From assembly GCA_037129895.1 (NCBI GenBank), contig JBAXUB010000006.1, positions 3,580-67,579 of the forward strand: a DNA stretch of 64,000 bases, in the 5' to 3' direction. Both the position numbers and the translations under genes were made by a program. Source of the stretch: Candidatus Tayloriibacteriota bacterium (lineage in GTDB: Bacteria > Patescibacteriota > Minisyncoccia > Phycocordibacterales > PALSA-1337). The notes under the pieces were generated by a model. That model saw only the letters and a list, made by a program, of their open reading frames with translations. It did not search any database and had not been told where the DNA came from. Within the stretch, counting starts at the first letter, position 1, and every line of letters starts with the position of its first letter. Below, in pieces: positions 34,621 to 46,500 of this stretch.

Positions 34621-37536
34621 TTACTGACCAACTACTATACTGACCAATCTGTTCGGTACTACTACTATCTTTTGGATCGCCTTACCTGTTAGCCACTTCA
34701 TGACCTCTGGGACCTTCTTGGCTGTTTCCTCTAGTAATTCCTTGCTAGTGTCTTTTGCCGCCATGAATGAACCACGCATCTTTCCGTTTATCTGAACTAT
34801 GATATTCACTTCATTATCCTCTATCAATTTCGGATCAAATTCTGGCCAGCTAGATATATGGATCGATTTCTTGTTGCCTAGGCTCGACCACAATTCATCC
34901 GCAACGTGAGGCATGAATGGAGCGAGGATCTGTAACAATAACTGAAATTGTTCCTTCGATATTGATTCCGCCCTGTCTAATTCGTTGACTGCTATCATGA
35001 GTGAGCTTATCGCGGTATTGAATTTTAAACCATTGATATCGTCTGTCACTTTCTTGATAGTCTTGTGAATGATTTTGATAATATTTATGTCATCAACCGC
35101 GGACGAAAGCACTTTCTCACTCAATCTCCAAACCTTTTCAACAAACCTTCTCGCACCGACCATACTGTCAGTGCTCCAGGCGATCTGTTGGTCAAACGGA
35201 CCCATGAACATCTCATAAACACGGAGAGTATCAGCGCCGAATCTAGCAACAACTTCGTCAGGGTTAACGACATTACCAAAACGTTTTGACATCTTGCGAC
35301 CATCTTCACCCATGATTAGCCCAACGCTTTGCAGTCTAGAAAATGGTTCTATTGTAGAGGTTACACCTATGTCATAGAGGAATTTATGCCAGAATCGTGC
35401 GTAGATAAGGTGACGAGTTGCATGTTCAGCTCCGCCAATATATAGATCAACTGGTGCCCAGTACTTTTCCTTTTTCGAATCAACTAGAGCTTTCTTGTTC
35501 TTTGGGTCCATATAGCGCAGGTAGTACCAAGATGATCCCGCCCATTGAGGCATAGTGTTCGTCTCGCGGCGAGATTTACCTTTGCATTTCGGGCACTTTA
35601 CATTGACCCATTTTCCTATAGCTGCTAGTGGTGACTCACCAGTACCTGTTGGTTCATACGATACTACCTTTGGCAATTTTACCGGCAGGTCTTTCTCTGG
35701 TACAGGAACTACTCCACAGTTCGCGCAGTGAATAAGTGGCATCGGTTCGCCCCAATATCTCTGTCTAGAAAATACCCAGTCGCGAAGCTTGTATTTGATC
35801 GTCTTTGATCCAAACTTTCTGATCATCTCATCTTTGTCTTCAAGCTTGATCTCACGAATAGGCAGATCATATTTTTTAGCAAAATCAGCATCCCTCTCAT
35901 CGTGTGCAGGGACCGCCATGACCGCACCTGTTCCATAGTCAGCCAATACATAGTCAGCTATCCAGACTGGTACAGATTCATTGTTGGCCGGGTTCACAAC
36001 TCGTATGCCTTTCAATTCAACTCCCGTCTTTTCCCTCTTTGCATCAGTTCGTTCCATCTCCGTTTCAAGTTTTGCTTTCTCGATGTATTCGACGACTTCG
36101 TTCCTATTCGAAATTTTCGGCAATAAACTTTTAACATATGGATGTTCAGGAGCAAGTACCATATATGTCACGCCAAATATCGTATCAGGACGCGTTGTGA
36201 ATACCTTGACTGATGGATGTAGTGCGGCCAATATTTCGGGTTCTTCTAATGCACAGAAATGTTCTTCCTTTGCTCGGACTTCGATCAGTCGTGCATCAAG
36301 CTGTGTTGATAGGTGATTCAAATATTTTGCTCTGAACTCTTCTTGTGTGTCAGATAGGACTGCAATATTCCCATTTGCTTGTTTCTTTATCAAATCAAGG
36401 TCAAAGTCCCACTTAAAAGTTTCATGGAACGGTCGAGGCTTAGCTGATTCACCAAAGAAACTGGGATCGCTCGCTGCAGCAACTATCACTAGTCCAGATA
36501 TCGGTTCATTAAGTTTCATCAGTACTTTCATAGCTACTACTGCTCCCAAGCTGTGGCCAATCAAAACAGTATTTTCATCGAAATGACAGTTTTTCAAGAC
36601 GAAGTCTACCTGTTCATCCTCTGTTGGGTTAAAGGCATTTGGCAACTCTGGTGCAGTGACTTTGTGGCCCTTCTTTTCTAGCTCTGATTTGAGCCATGGG
36701 ATGAAGTTACTCTCTGCACTGCCTTCGAAGCCGTGGAGAATGATGTAATTGGCGCTAATATTCTCCGTGGTTGTTGATGCAAATGGAAAATCGATGATAG
36801 CTCCTTCACTCTTCCCTATCCAATTTCTTTGCGATTCCTTTATAGATTCTGGCCAGTCGAGTAAGTTTGTCCCATCAGATTTCTTGGCGTCCAAGTCATT
36901 CAATAGTCTATCTGCATAGTCCGTGATCTTGAGTACCCATTGGCGCAAGGGTCTCTTCTCGACTGGTGTTCCACATCTCTCACACCTACCATCCTCGACA
37001 TCTTCGTTTGCGAGAACTGTCTTGTCTGTTGGACACCAATTGACTGGTTCATTGGACTCGAATGCCAAGCCTTTCTTAAATAATTGCAAGAAAATCCATT
37101 GTGTCCACCTATAGTATGCAGGATCGGTAGTATTGATCTCACGTGTCCAATCATAGTCGAGTCCTATGATCTCTAGCTGTTCCTTGAAACGTTTTACATT
37201 TCTCTGTACTGCTATCAGAGGATTGGTTCGGGTCTTGATGGCATAATTCTCGGCCGGCAATCCGAATGCATCAAAGCCCATCGGGTGTAACACCGAGTGA
37301 CCCTGCATGCGTTTCATTCTGGAAACGACATCAGTTGCGATGTACCCTTTTGGGTGGCCAACATGTAGTCCTTCACCCGATGGATATGGGAACATGTCTA
37401 GAACGTAATATTTGCTTTTCTCGGCGTCTTCTTTCGATCTATAAATCTTGGACTTTGCCCACTTTTTTTGCCATTTCTTTTCTATAATTAAATGGTCATA
37501 TGCTTTTGGGACCTGCTTGTTGGCTTTGGATTTCAT
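34621..37536 (-). CDS. leuS: leucyl-tRNA synthetase carrying an inserted alpha/beta serine-hydrolase-like domain
   Basis: HIGH region MFPYPSGEGLHVGHPKGY, editing-domain TTRPDT, KMSKS region. Between WIGKSEGAIIDF and TTRPDT, where E. coli has ~15 aa, a ~190-aa segment with IILHGFEGS...GHSLGA...EEHF is inserted. Start taken at ATG 37534-37536. Confidence 0.85.
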   Translation of the reverse strand: MKSKANKQVPKAYDHLIIEKKWQKKWAKSKIYRSKEDAEKSKYYVLDMFPYPSGEGLHVGHPKGYIATDVVSRMKRMQGHSVLHPMGFDAFGLPAENYAIKTRTNPLIAVQRNVKRFKEQLEIIGLDYDWTREINTTDPAYYRWTQWIFLQLFKKGLAFESNEPVNWCPTDKTVLANEDVEDGRCERCGTPVEKRPLRQWVLKITDYADRLLNDLDAKKSDGTNLLDWPESIKESQRNWIGKSEGAIIDFPFASTTTENISANYIILHGFEGSAESNFIPWLKSELEKKGHKVTAPELPNAFNPTEDEQVDFVLKNCHFDENTVLIGHSLGAVVAMKVLMKLNEPISGLVIVAAASDPSFFGESAKPRPFHETFKWDFDLDLIKKQANGNIAVLSDTQEEFRAKYLNHLSTQLDARLIEVRAKEEHFCALEEPEILAALHPSVKVFTTRPDTIFGVTYMVLAPEHPYVKSLLPKISNRNEVVEYIEKAKLETEMERTDAKREKTGVELKGIRVVNPANNESVPVWIADYVLADYGTGAVMAVPAHDERDADFAKKYDLPIREIKLEDKDEMIRKFGSKTIKYKLRDWVFSRQRYWGEPMPLIHCANCGVVPVPEKDLPVKLPKVVSYEPTGTGESPLAAIGKWVNVKCPKCKGKSRRETNTMPQWAGSSWYYLRYMDPKNKKALVDSKKEKYWAPVDLYIGGAEHATRHLIYARFWHKFLYDIGVTSTIEPFSRLQSVGLIMGEDGRKMSKRFGNVVNPDEVVARFGADTLRVYEMFMGPFDQQIAWSTDSMVGARRFVEKVWRLSEKVLSSAVDDINIIKIIHKTIKKVTDDINGLKFNTAISSLMIAVNELDRAESISKEQFQLLLQILAPFMPHVADELWSSLGNKKSIHISSWPEFDPKLIEDNEVNIIVQINGKMRGSFMAAKDTSKELLEETAKKVPEVMKWLTGKAIQKIVVVPNRLVSIVVGQ

Positions 37537-37565
37537 AGCTAGAATGATAGCGCAAAATCGGAAAG

Positions 37566-37601
37566 TATACAAAAAGCACCCGACCTATGAAGATCGGGTG
37601 C
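37566..37601 (-). terminator. rho-independent terminator (minus strand)
   Basis: Minus-strand reading: GCACCCGAtcttcataggTCGGGTGCttttt, an 8-bp GC-rich stem followed by T5. Confidence 0.75.
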
Positions 37602-37630
37602 TGGTGTGTCGAAGGTCGTTTTGTGCTCTA

Positions 37631-37852
37631 CTAGTGCGTCATGCACTGGTAGACTGCCCCCAAAATAAGAACAACGAATATCACAGCTGATATCAGCATG
37701 TAATACGTCCCATCTGGGTGGGTACTCCTAGGGCTTGGAGTCTGGTCACTGTCTAGAGCGCAGCGGTCTTGACGATGCTGACATAGTGTCAGCCAGTCAA
37801 AGTGCGGCGATCTGCGAGTGGCTCTACTGCCCGTCAATCTGTATCTATGCAT
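37631..37852 (-). CDS. small Arg-rich tail-anchored membrane protein (73 aa)
   Basis: It has its own minus-strand promoter (TTGCTA-N17-TATAAT at ~37897-37925), an RBS AAGGAAAGG 8 nt before the ATG, and a terminator directly downstream. C-terminal TM helix MLISAVIFVVLILGAVY. Locally elevated GC. Confidence 0.5.
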   Translation of the reverse strand: MHRYRLTGSRATRRSPHFDWLTLCQHRQDRCALDSDQTPSPRSTHPDGTYYMLISAVIFVVLILGAVYQCMTH

Positions 37853-38010
37853 AGTTTTAACCTTTCCTTGTAAATTTTCAACTGGCTTACGCGTGTATTA
37901 TACCACGAGTCCGTGCCAATAGCAAGTGTGCTGCTAGGAGTAATAGTACTACTTTCCGGCGTAAAGTACAGGGGGTAAATTGAACGATTTGATCTGCTAA
38001 CTTTTACAGA

Positions 38011-39234
38011 TTACTTGTACCTCAAGGCCTCTAAAGGATTCATTTTTTCAGCTCTTCGTGCCGGCCATACTCCACCGATAAGTCCGACGACGGTAGAGAT
38101 CATGATAATAAAGAAAATAAACCAGATTGGATAAGAAAACAACCTATTGTAGGATCCGCCAAATGACTGAGATAATAGATTGAAACCCCAGTTCAATGAT
38201 TCACTGGCCACAAAACCGAGCAATATTCCAGACAGGCCACCCATGAAACCTATCATGGTAGATTCCGTCAAAAAGATCCATCGGATATCCTTTGGGGATG
38301 CACCGATAGCTCTCATAATACCAATCTCATTTGTTCTCTCCAATAGCGAAATAGTCATGGTATTGATAAGTCCGATCGCGGCAACGATAAGGGCAAAGAC
38401 TCCAAATATACCCAAAGTGATCTGTATAGCGCCGAAAATCTTATTTGCTTGATCAACTGTATCTGACAATGATGAGACTAGATATCCGGCATTGATGAGT
38501 GCTTCACGAACAATCGGAATATCACTCGAGCTCAGAACCTTAACTTTCGCTAGATTGTACCTATCGATGATTATCGAGGGAAAATCCTTTGTATTCAAAT
38601 ACACTTCAGCCGTATTACCTGAGCCTTCGACTACACCTATAATCTCAAAATCATCCCCAATCGATATTTCCTCCATTATACTTGAGCCTTTCTCTTTCGG
38701 TACTAGGAATGAGAAGTTCAATTTCTTGCCGACCATTTCATCATTCTTTATATTGAACAATTGCGATACTAGTGAACTGACAACGATCTTCTTCGTGGTA
38801 TTGTCTTCAAAGAATTTACCACTCATAGGAGATTTACCATCAAGTGCAAAGAAGTCTGAATTGATCACATTGATAGAAGCTTCAGCGAATACGTTATTGT
38901 GGCTAGCTTTACCAGTGAAATTTGCTTGAGGGCTAACCTTGTCTACCCCATTTATTGTAAGAATCTTCTTTATCGCATAACTATCAAAAACAATAATGTT
39001 CGGATCCGACGGCAATATATCTAGTGACAGTAGAGCATCCTCAGTCGTTATACTTTTTAGCAAACTCGCTTGCAGTCCATAACCAAATGATACCAATGAT
39101 AGTACGACCGCTATAGCTATAGCTACACCCAAAATAGTAAAGAAAAAACGAGATTTCCGATTCTTCAGATTTTGAAGTGTTAAGTATATTAAATCAGTGA
39201 GCTTCATAATATTATTTGGAAATAACCAATTCAA
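38011..39234 (-). CDS. ABC transporter permease, MacB/FtsX family
   Basis: N-terminal TM helix, ~230-aa extracytoplasmic domain, and three C-terminal TM helices in the FtsX-like fold (IGIMRAIGASPKDIRWIFLTE). Confidence 0.8.
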   Translation of the reverse strand: MNWLFPNNIMKLTDLIYLTLQNLKNRKSRFFFTILGVAIAIAVVLSLVSFGYGLQASLLKSITTEDALLSLDILPSDPNIIVFDSYAIKKILTINGVDKVSPQANFTGKASHNNVFAEASINVINSDFFALDGKSPMSGKFFEDNTTKKIVVSSLVSQLFNIKNDEMVGKKLNFSFLVPKEKGSSIMEEISIGDDFEIIGVVEGSGNTAEVYLNTKDFPSIIIDRYNLAKVKVLSSSDIPIVREALINAGYLVSSLSDTVDQANKIFGAIQITLGIFGVFALIVAAIGLINTMTISLLERTNEIGIMRAIGASPKDIRWIFLTESTMIGFMGGLSGILLGFVASESLNWGFNLLSQSFGGSYNRLFSYPIWFIFFIIMISTVVGLIGGVWPARRAEKMNPLEALRYK

Positions 39235-40501
39235 TCTCTCTGCTAAATCGTCTCGCTGTTAATCTGTTGAGGCCCACTCCACCTAGCTTTTCTGATTCGT
39301 CCAACAATTTCAACAGTTCTTTATCAGATATATCTGCCCTAATTCTCTTACCTATGAACTTATCCAGTTTTCTAACCTGAGACAATGAGACCTTGCCACG
39401 ATACTGATCCAATAGATGTTTTCGTATTATGGAAACTTCATCGTTTACTTGTTTCGTCTCATGAGCACGCTCAGTAGTAACTATCTTCTCTACCTTTTCT
39501 ATCTCATCGGATGCTTCAAATATCGTGTTAGCAATTCTCTTTGCCTTTTGTGAATATAGTCCTGCGCCAATTTTTTCATCATCCAATATCTTTACTAATT
39601 CCTGTTTTGTAATCTTCTTGGAAATATAATCCTCAATAGATATTTCTATCTTCTGTTCAGTATCTATGTCATAAGGCATGAGCAATGTTCGCATAAGCAA
39701 TTTAGCATGAATTCTCAACCTAGAAAGATCTGGATTATTGGCCGCTAATTTATCAAATTCAGACTGCTCACCATCTTTACCAGTAAGAGTGCGTCCTTTG
39801 TTGGTGTTAACTACAACCCTTTCCAAAACACCATCCTTCAGATAAAAGACTCGATCAGCATAATGTGTATCGTTGGCATTATGTGTAACCTGGATAACAG
39901 TCTTCTTGTCTTCTCTGTTTATCTGTGCCAATAATTCCAACACGATAAATGAATTCTTCGAATCAAGGTTTCCGACGGGCTCGTCTGCAAGTATGATTTC
40001 TGGATCATTCATGAGTGCTCTGGCTATAGCAGTTCTCTGTTGCTGACCCCCAGACATCATTGATGGCTTATTGTCTGCATAAGGGGTAATTCCAAATTTA
40101 TCCATCAATAATTTGGCTCTCTTTTCCCTTTCATCGACTGGGACTCCGGAAAACATTTTTGATAGCATCATATTATCCTTGGCTGATAGATGCGGCACGA
40201 GATAGAAAGCCTGGAAAACCATACCTATAGTGTCTCGATAGAAATTTATGAGATCATTTGGTTTTATGACTTTGAGATTGTTACCACCCACTACCACTTC
40301 CCCTAGTGTGGGACTTTCCAAACCAGCAATAGTGTACAATAATGTTGATTTTCCGCATCCCGATGGTCCGAAAAAAACTATATACTCACCTTCGTATATC
40401 TCAAGGTTGATATCCTTTATAGCCGTGAACTCATTGGTCTTGCCGACATCATATCGAACGGTGACATTTTTCAATTGAATTATCGGCTTCATTTGTGGCA
40501 T
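39212..40501 (-). CDS. ABC transporter ATP-binding protein (MacB/LolD-like) with ~200-aa C-terminal repeat extension
   Basis: Walker A GPSGCGKST, signature MSGGQQQRTAIARAL, Walker B ILADEP, H-loop QVTHN. The extension carries three ~35-aa repeats (ITKQELVKILDDEKIG / ISDKELLKLLDESEKLGG / VSLSQVRKLDKFIGKRI). Confidence 0.85.
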   Translation of the reverse strand: MPQMKPIIQLKNVTVRYDVGKTNEFTAIKDINLEIYEGEYIVFFGPSGCGKSTLLYTIAGLESPTLGEVVVGGNNLKVIKPNDLINFYRDTIGMVFQAFYLVPHLSAKDNMMLSKMFSGVPVDEREKRAKLLMDKFGITPYADNKPSMMSGGQQQRTAIARALMNDPEIILADEPVGNLDSKNSFIVLELLAQINREDKKTVIQVTHNANDTHYADRVFYLKDGVLERVVVNTNKGRTLTGKDGEQSEFDKLAANNPDLSRLRIHAKLLMRTLLMPYDIDTEQKIEISIEDYISKKITKQELVKILDDEKIGAGLYSQKAKRIANTIFEASDEIEKVEKIVTTERAHETKQVNDEVSIIRKHLLDQYRGKVSLSQVRKLDKFIGKRIRADISDKELLKLLDESEKLGGVGLNRLTARRFSREIELVISK

Positions 40502-40567
40502 TATAACATTATTAAAGTATTAATATTTATGTAATTCTCTCAATATCTAATTATGCCAACGCCAATC

Positions 40568-43500
40568 CTATTCTCCTTTCATGAAACCGAAAGTCGTATC
40601 AAGGTTTTTGAAGATAAGGTCAACAACGGATCCTTTTGGTTTTTGAGTCAATACAGTATATGGTTCTGATTTGGTAGCATTGCCTGCAGCATCACCTGAT
40701 TCAACGACGATCTTGTATATAGTGCCTGGTTTTAAAAGTGTTGTAACGATGATATGATCTCGAACCAAGTTTGTCTCAGTAGGAGTTGATTGGTCTAGAT
40801 TATCCGATGTACCCTGAGCGAACAGCACCCTAGATGTAGCTGGTTTGTCTGACTTCCATGAGATTATAGACTGTGTTGTCTCTATTCGATCTGGGATGAT
40901 AGATGATGTAATTCGCACGTTTGATATCTTGGGTGCCTCTGTTGACACTGTCGTACTGAAAGGAATTATAGATGGATTCGATGTATTACCATCATTATCT
41001 ATGGCATTCACTGTAAAGGTGTATCCCGTTGAGTAGTTTAGATTATTTGCTGTATATGTGTGCTCTTTGACAAAGCTTGGATCATCTACTTTGGTGATTT
41101 TTCCGGTTGAATTATCTTTGATTTCGATCTGACTCTTTGTTGGCAGGTCTGTCTTCCATGTTAGTGTCGCTTCACTTTCTAGTATCTTTTCAAATTTGAT
41201 ATTTGAAATATCTGGTACCAATGAAGTCGTAGTAAATGTTCGATCACTAGATAGTGAGGCTGTTCCGACCAAGCTCTGTGATCTTACTTGGTAATGATAC
41301 GTTGTGGATGGTGCTAGGTTTTGTAGTATGACCTCGTGATCAGAAGTCTTTTCATCCGGGAATCCTGCACTGATCGAGTATGAACTATCATTCTTGTAAT
41401 CAGAGGCTTTGGAATATCCCACTAAACTATTTGAAGCCTTGTCTGTGACCCAGCGTATCGTAGCTGTGTTGGCTGAGGACTCTACTTGTATGTCGGTACC
41501 GGAAATAACAGGAGAAGCAACTGCTTTTGAAGCAAGTGCTGACAATGAGGACGCTAGTTGGGATTCAGAAATATTTGATAGATTTGAGTTCTTGATCAGT
41601 CCAAATAGCATTGCCTTGATGATCGAGGCAGATGCACTCAAAGCCTTATTGTATGCACTAGTCTCCTCTGCCGTCATACTCGAGGTATCAACATCTATAG
41701 GTATGTCCTGAGACACAACACCATTGGCCAACGTTGTGAATGTAGTATCCACCCCTTCGCCTACGTTGTCATAAATATCAGTCACATAAGCCTTGAAATG
41801 ATATGTTGTAAGAGGGGTGAGGTTGTTTAGAGAGATCTGATGGGTGAGGCCGTAGACACCAGTGCGTTTTGTTTCTGATCCATATGATGTTGTCTTGCCG
41901 TACTTTACTTTTCCTGTAGCTATCTTGGAAGATTTGAATGAAATCGTTGCGGAATTACCTCCAATAGAGTCGACAACAACATTAGAAATGACAGGTACAG
42001 TCAAATCTCTATTATCCAATGCCCCCCCTCCTCCTCCACCTACATATTCAGTTTTTGTAACATATACAACGGTTGGAGCAAGTGTAGTGAATGAATATTT
42101 CTCGCCCGCCCTATCATCGATTGCTATGTTTTCTGAACGATCTCTCGAACGGACTACGAAGTAGTATGTCGTACTAGAAACAAGTCCAGTGATAGACATT
42201 GAGTGTTGAGTCTTGAACATATCCGGCTCGTTTTCTCGTATTCCTAGATCCTTCGCTATTCCCCATTCAACCTGAGAATTGGATTGTTCATCTGTAGTCC
42301 AGGTGATCGTAGCACTGCTTTCACCGATGATTGGTGTTTTTACATCACTGATGACTGGAGGGACGATGTCTCGAGTAGTGTTTACTACATAGTAATTGAT
42401 CACTCCGTCTACTACATTCTTGTCTGTAGCAACATTGCCTTCTTCATCTATTGATTTTACGTAGTAATAGTAGTTAGTTCCTTTGACTAGACCAGTTAGA
42501 GTAATACTGTGACTGGTAGTTGTGGCTACTGAAGTGACGACCTCTGGACTAGTTAAGTTACTATTTGTTGAATAGTATACTGATGAATCTGATGCTAAGT
42601 TAGTGTGCCATGTTACGGTAGCTTCAGTGTCTTGAGTGTCGGATGTTAATATTTGGGATATACTCGGTCCTGGGTTTGTGATGAATGTATATGTTTCAGC
42701 TGCCTGTTGATTGATTTGCGCTTGGGAGTCTTCTGATGTGACTAGGAAGTAGTACTGTGTACCTGGTGTGAGGTTGGAGAGGACGACAGAGTGGGAGGTT
42801 GTCATGTTGGAGACGCCAACAGATTTCGTATAGTTCGTCTTATTTGTACCAGGATATGATGTAACTGCTTCGTAGAAGACTGTTGAATCAGAAACAGTAT
42901 TGGTATTCCATGTGATCGTAGCACCCGTTGTTGTTATTGAACTAGTTGCCACGTTATCAAAAAGTATTCCATTCGTTGTAAATGTATACATCTCTCCTGT
43001 ATTATCACCAATCCCAACATTGCCTGACTTGTCTTCTGACAGTACTCTGTAGAAATATTGGGTATTCTTTTGCAGATTTGAAAGTGTAACGTAGTGGTCG
43101 GTGCTTAATCCGGTAGTCTTTGAGGTCGAGGCAGTAGGATCTTTCATTATTCCCCATTCAACCTGAGAATTGGATTGTTTATCTGTAGTCCAGGTGATCG
43201 TCGCATCGCTATCACTTATAAGTGCCGTCTCTACACCACTGATTATCGGTTTTGAAGTATCTTCAGAAGTATTGAGTGTATAATAGTTAATCGTACCGTT
43301 CACTACGTTCATGTCGGTTGCCACATTACCGTCTGCGTCAACGGATTTTACATAGTAATAGTATCTTGTACCTTTCACTAAGTTTGTCAATTTGATTCGA
43401 TGATTGGTCGATCTGGAACCAGAACCGATAATCTCCACAGAATTAGACATGTCTGTTGAAGACGAATACCATACAGATGAGTCGGCATTTGTCGATGTGT

Positions 43501-46500
43501 TCCAAGTGATAGCTGCTTCAGTGTCAAAGATTTCTGCTGTTGTTACATTAGATATTCTCGGACCTATTTCGGTTCTAAATGTATATGAGGCAGAAGATGA
43601 TTGGCCGGAATTGTTCGATGCGTCTTGTGACTCGACTAGGAAATAGTACTGGGTATCTGGTATCAATCGATCTAGAATCACTGTATGAGAGGTGAGCATC
43701 GATGGAACTCCAACTGATGCCGAATATGCACTTTTATCAGTCCCAGGATATGTAGTCGAAGCAACATAATAAATGATCGAGTTTGCATACTTGTTTGTGA
43801 TCCAGGATATATAGGCACCAGATGTTGTTGTCGTACCTATAGTTACTGTGCTCAATGATGGTAATGCTATATCACTACCACCTGTACCATCTGGACGATC
43901 GGCTGTCGATGCTGGCGAAAATAGTGATATGTTCCCATCGTTATCTTCTATTGACACTTTATATGAATATGTAGAGCTCTCAGATAGTCCGCTATCTACA
44001 ATGTAGTTCAGCATTCTATTGGTTATCGTTGTAAGTAAGCTAAAACCTCCACCGTTTACAGAACGATATACGTTATATCTCCTGAAACCTTGAGGTGGTA
44101 CAGGAGAAACAGCCCAGGCATAGAATTCACGCCATTCTAGTGTGTTAGGGTTAGATATGTCTTGGAAGAAATTACTCGCAGTTGGTATTGGCGGAGTGAC
44201 AGAGACGATTGATGATGAATTGTTTTTAGCATCTTTGAATACTGCGTATATAGTGTCACCAGAAATGACCGAGGATGTCGTTGTGGAATTGGCGTATGCG
44301 TAGTAGTTAGGTACGTCAGAAAGATCTGCTGTCTTCCCTACCTTCATCACTAATGCGGTATCGTCTGTGGCTGATAGAGTTATGAGTGCTGGTGATTGAG
44401 AAGCATCGATACTAATAGGCAAAGCACCTAGACTTGGAGTTTTTGTGTCCAAGACAAAAGCAGCAGATGTAGATGATGCTGTATTATTTGCCGCCTCTCT
44501 ATCATCCACAATTACCTTTATCTTTGCATTGGCTGCATATTGACCCGTCAATTGGTTAATGATCGTTGAAGTGGCTGTAAATGTTCTATATGTAGTAGTT
44601 GATACAGCCTTGTCACTGTAACTACTTGCTTGCATAGTCGAAGTCGTCGAAATCAAGGTATATGATGAACCTCCATCGAGAGAATAGTAGAAAGATGGTC
44701 TCAAATAGCCAGGCATCGTTGTCCCAGTATCAGTATCTGGATCACGTATGGAATAGTTGATGGTGATCGTTCCATCACTATTCTGCACAGCACCAACGCC
44801 GCCAGCTCCAGTAGTCGGGTAGTTAGGATCAAAGCCTGGAGATGCGTTTACCACATATGTTAATGTGGCACTATTCAATGTTGGAGTGGATGCTCCATCT
44901 GATATTAGGTATGCTTTGTATTGAACCCATTGGTCGTTCACGCCATCTGTCTGAGCTGCTGGTGCAGCTTCAGTTCCGTTAAGGTTTGTGTAATATGTCG
45001 TGGTTGCACCGGTTGGACCAATAAAGTTTGACCACGTGCCTGGTACACCAGCATTGTCTGGTGCAGTCCTGATCTGAAATTTAATACTCGAGCTTGATGT
45101 TGTAGCTTGTGACCATGATATGCCAGACAAGAGATTTGCTGAGCTTGATGTGTTATATGAAGATGATGTGAGTGTTGTCGACGTAGCGTATGTGGAATAT
45201 GTGATCGTGACATCATTAAGTGTTGGTGTTACTGCTGTATCTGAGGTCGAAAGTGTAGCTTGGTATTGTACATATCTATGACCATTAGTGACGCAGCTGC
45301 CAGTGCTTAGTGCCGCACCACTTGTGATGTTGGAACAACTTGCGTATGCCGTTGCACCTGCCATTGATGAGCTATTGGAAGATCTAGCTTTTATGCTTAC
45401 TGTCTGAGCACCAGTCTTCGTCCAGGATAATGTGCCCCAGTTGGCTACACTCTTACCTGCGTCTATGACGCCTGAAGTGTATGTGCCGGAAGAGGCGTAG
45501 ACTCTGGATGTGGCATTAAATCTATAGAACGCTTTTCCACCAAATCCGGGAGATGTATCACCCTGAAGGATATACAATCTAGTTCCGTTACTGTCACTGA
45601 CAACTTCTATCTGACTACCAGCGCCCAAGCCAGTAGGTAGACTTGTCAGTGTTGTCCACGAATTGCCCGTTATCGAATACCTATAGAAACCTGTACTGGA
45701 ATTACCAGGTGATGCATAAATTTCATCAGCTGAACCATCACGAAACATGATTGACCCATACATATCATTGCCTCCTGGTGCCGGAAATATCTCAGGAACA
45801 TTAGTGAGTGGTGTCCATGTATTGGACGCAATAGAATATTTCTTCAAAGATTGAGTATCGCCACCAAGTAGCATATATATCGTGTCATCAGTCCCATTCC
45901 TTATCATCCTCCCACTTTTACCCAAACTGACTGGAGACATATTACTCCAGGAATTTCCAGATATCGAATACCTAGCCAGATTACCTATTGTTGGTCTGTA
46001 AATATAATTTTCACCAGGACCTCTAATTCCATTTCCGTAAGCCTTAATCCAGCCGTCTGTCGGCGGTGTTAGCAGGGTCCAAACATTAGTTGATATTTGA
46101 TATTTGTACATCTGGTCATTTGACTCATAAATATAATCTTCTCCGTCTACATGCAGTAATACATCCGTAGGATTAGACTGAAGAGAATTTACTGCATCTG
46201 CCAACCAAGTCCATGTATTCGATGATATTGTGTAAACGAGCAAAGAAGCACCGGCTCTCAGATAAATTTTACCAGTAGTTATGTCTATAAAGGATCTTGA
46301 GCCCAAAAAATTAGTCGTTGGTATTGTTGCCAAAGCCGTCCATGTATTATCTGCGATGGTAAATTTATAGAATGTAGTTCCGTTTCCGCCCGAAAGCACG
46401 TATAACTCGTTATTATATTTATGCAGAGATGAACCCATCGAAATATTTACCGGTGAACTTGTAAGAGTTGTCCATGTGCCAACATTAGAGATACTACTCG

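Noticed and set aside
34602-34631. Upstream murG start at 34631 (MVSKSVIITS-).
   Set aside because: Canonical MurG begins MKILFTGGGTGGH, and 34631 would overlap the leuS stop region. ATG 34599-34601 was chosen.
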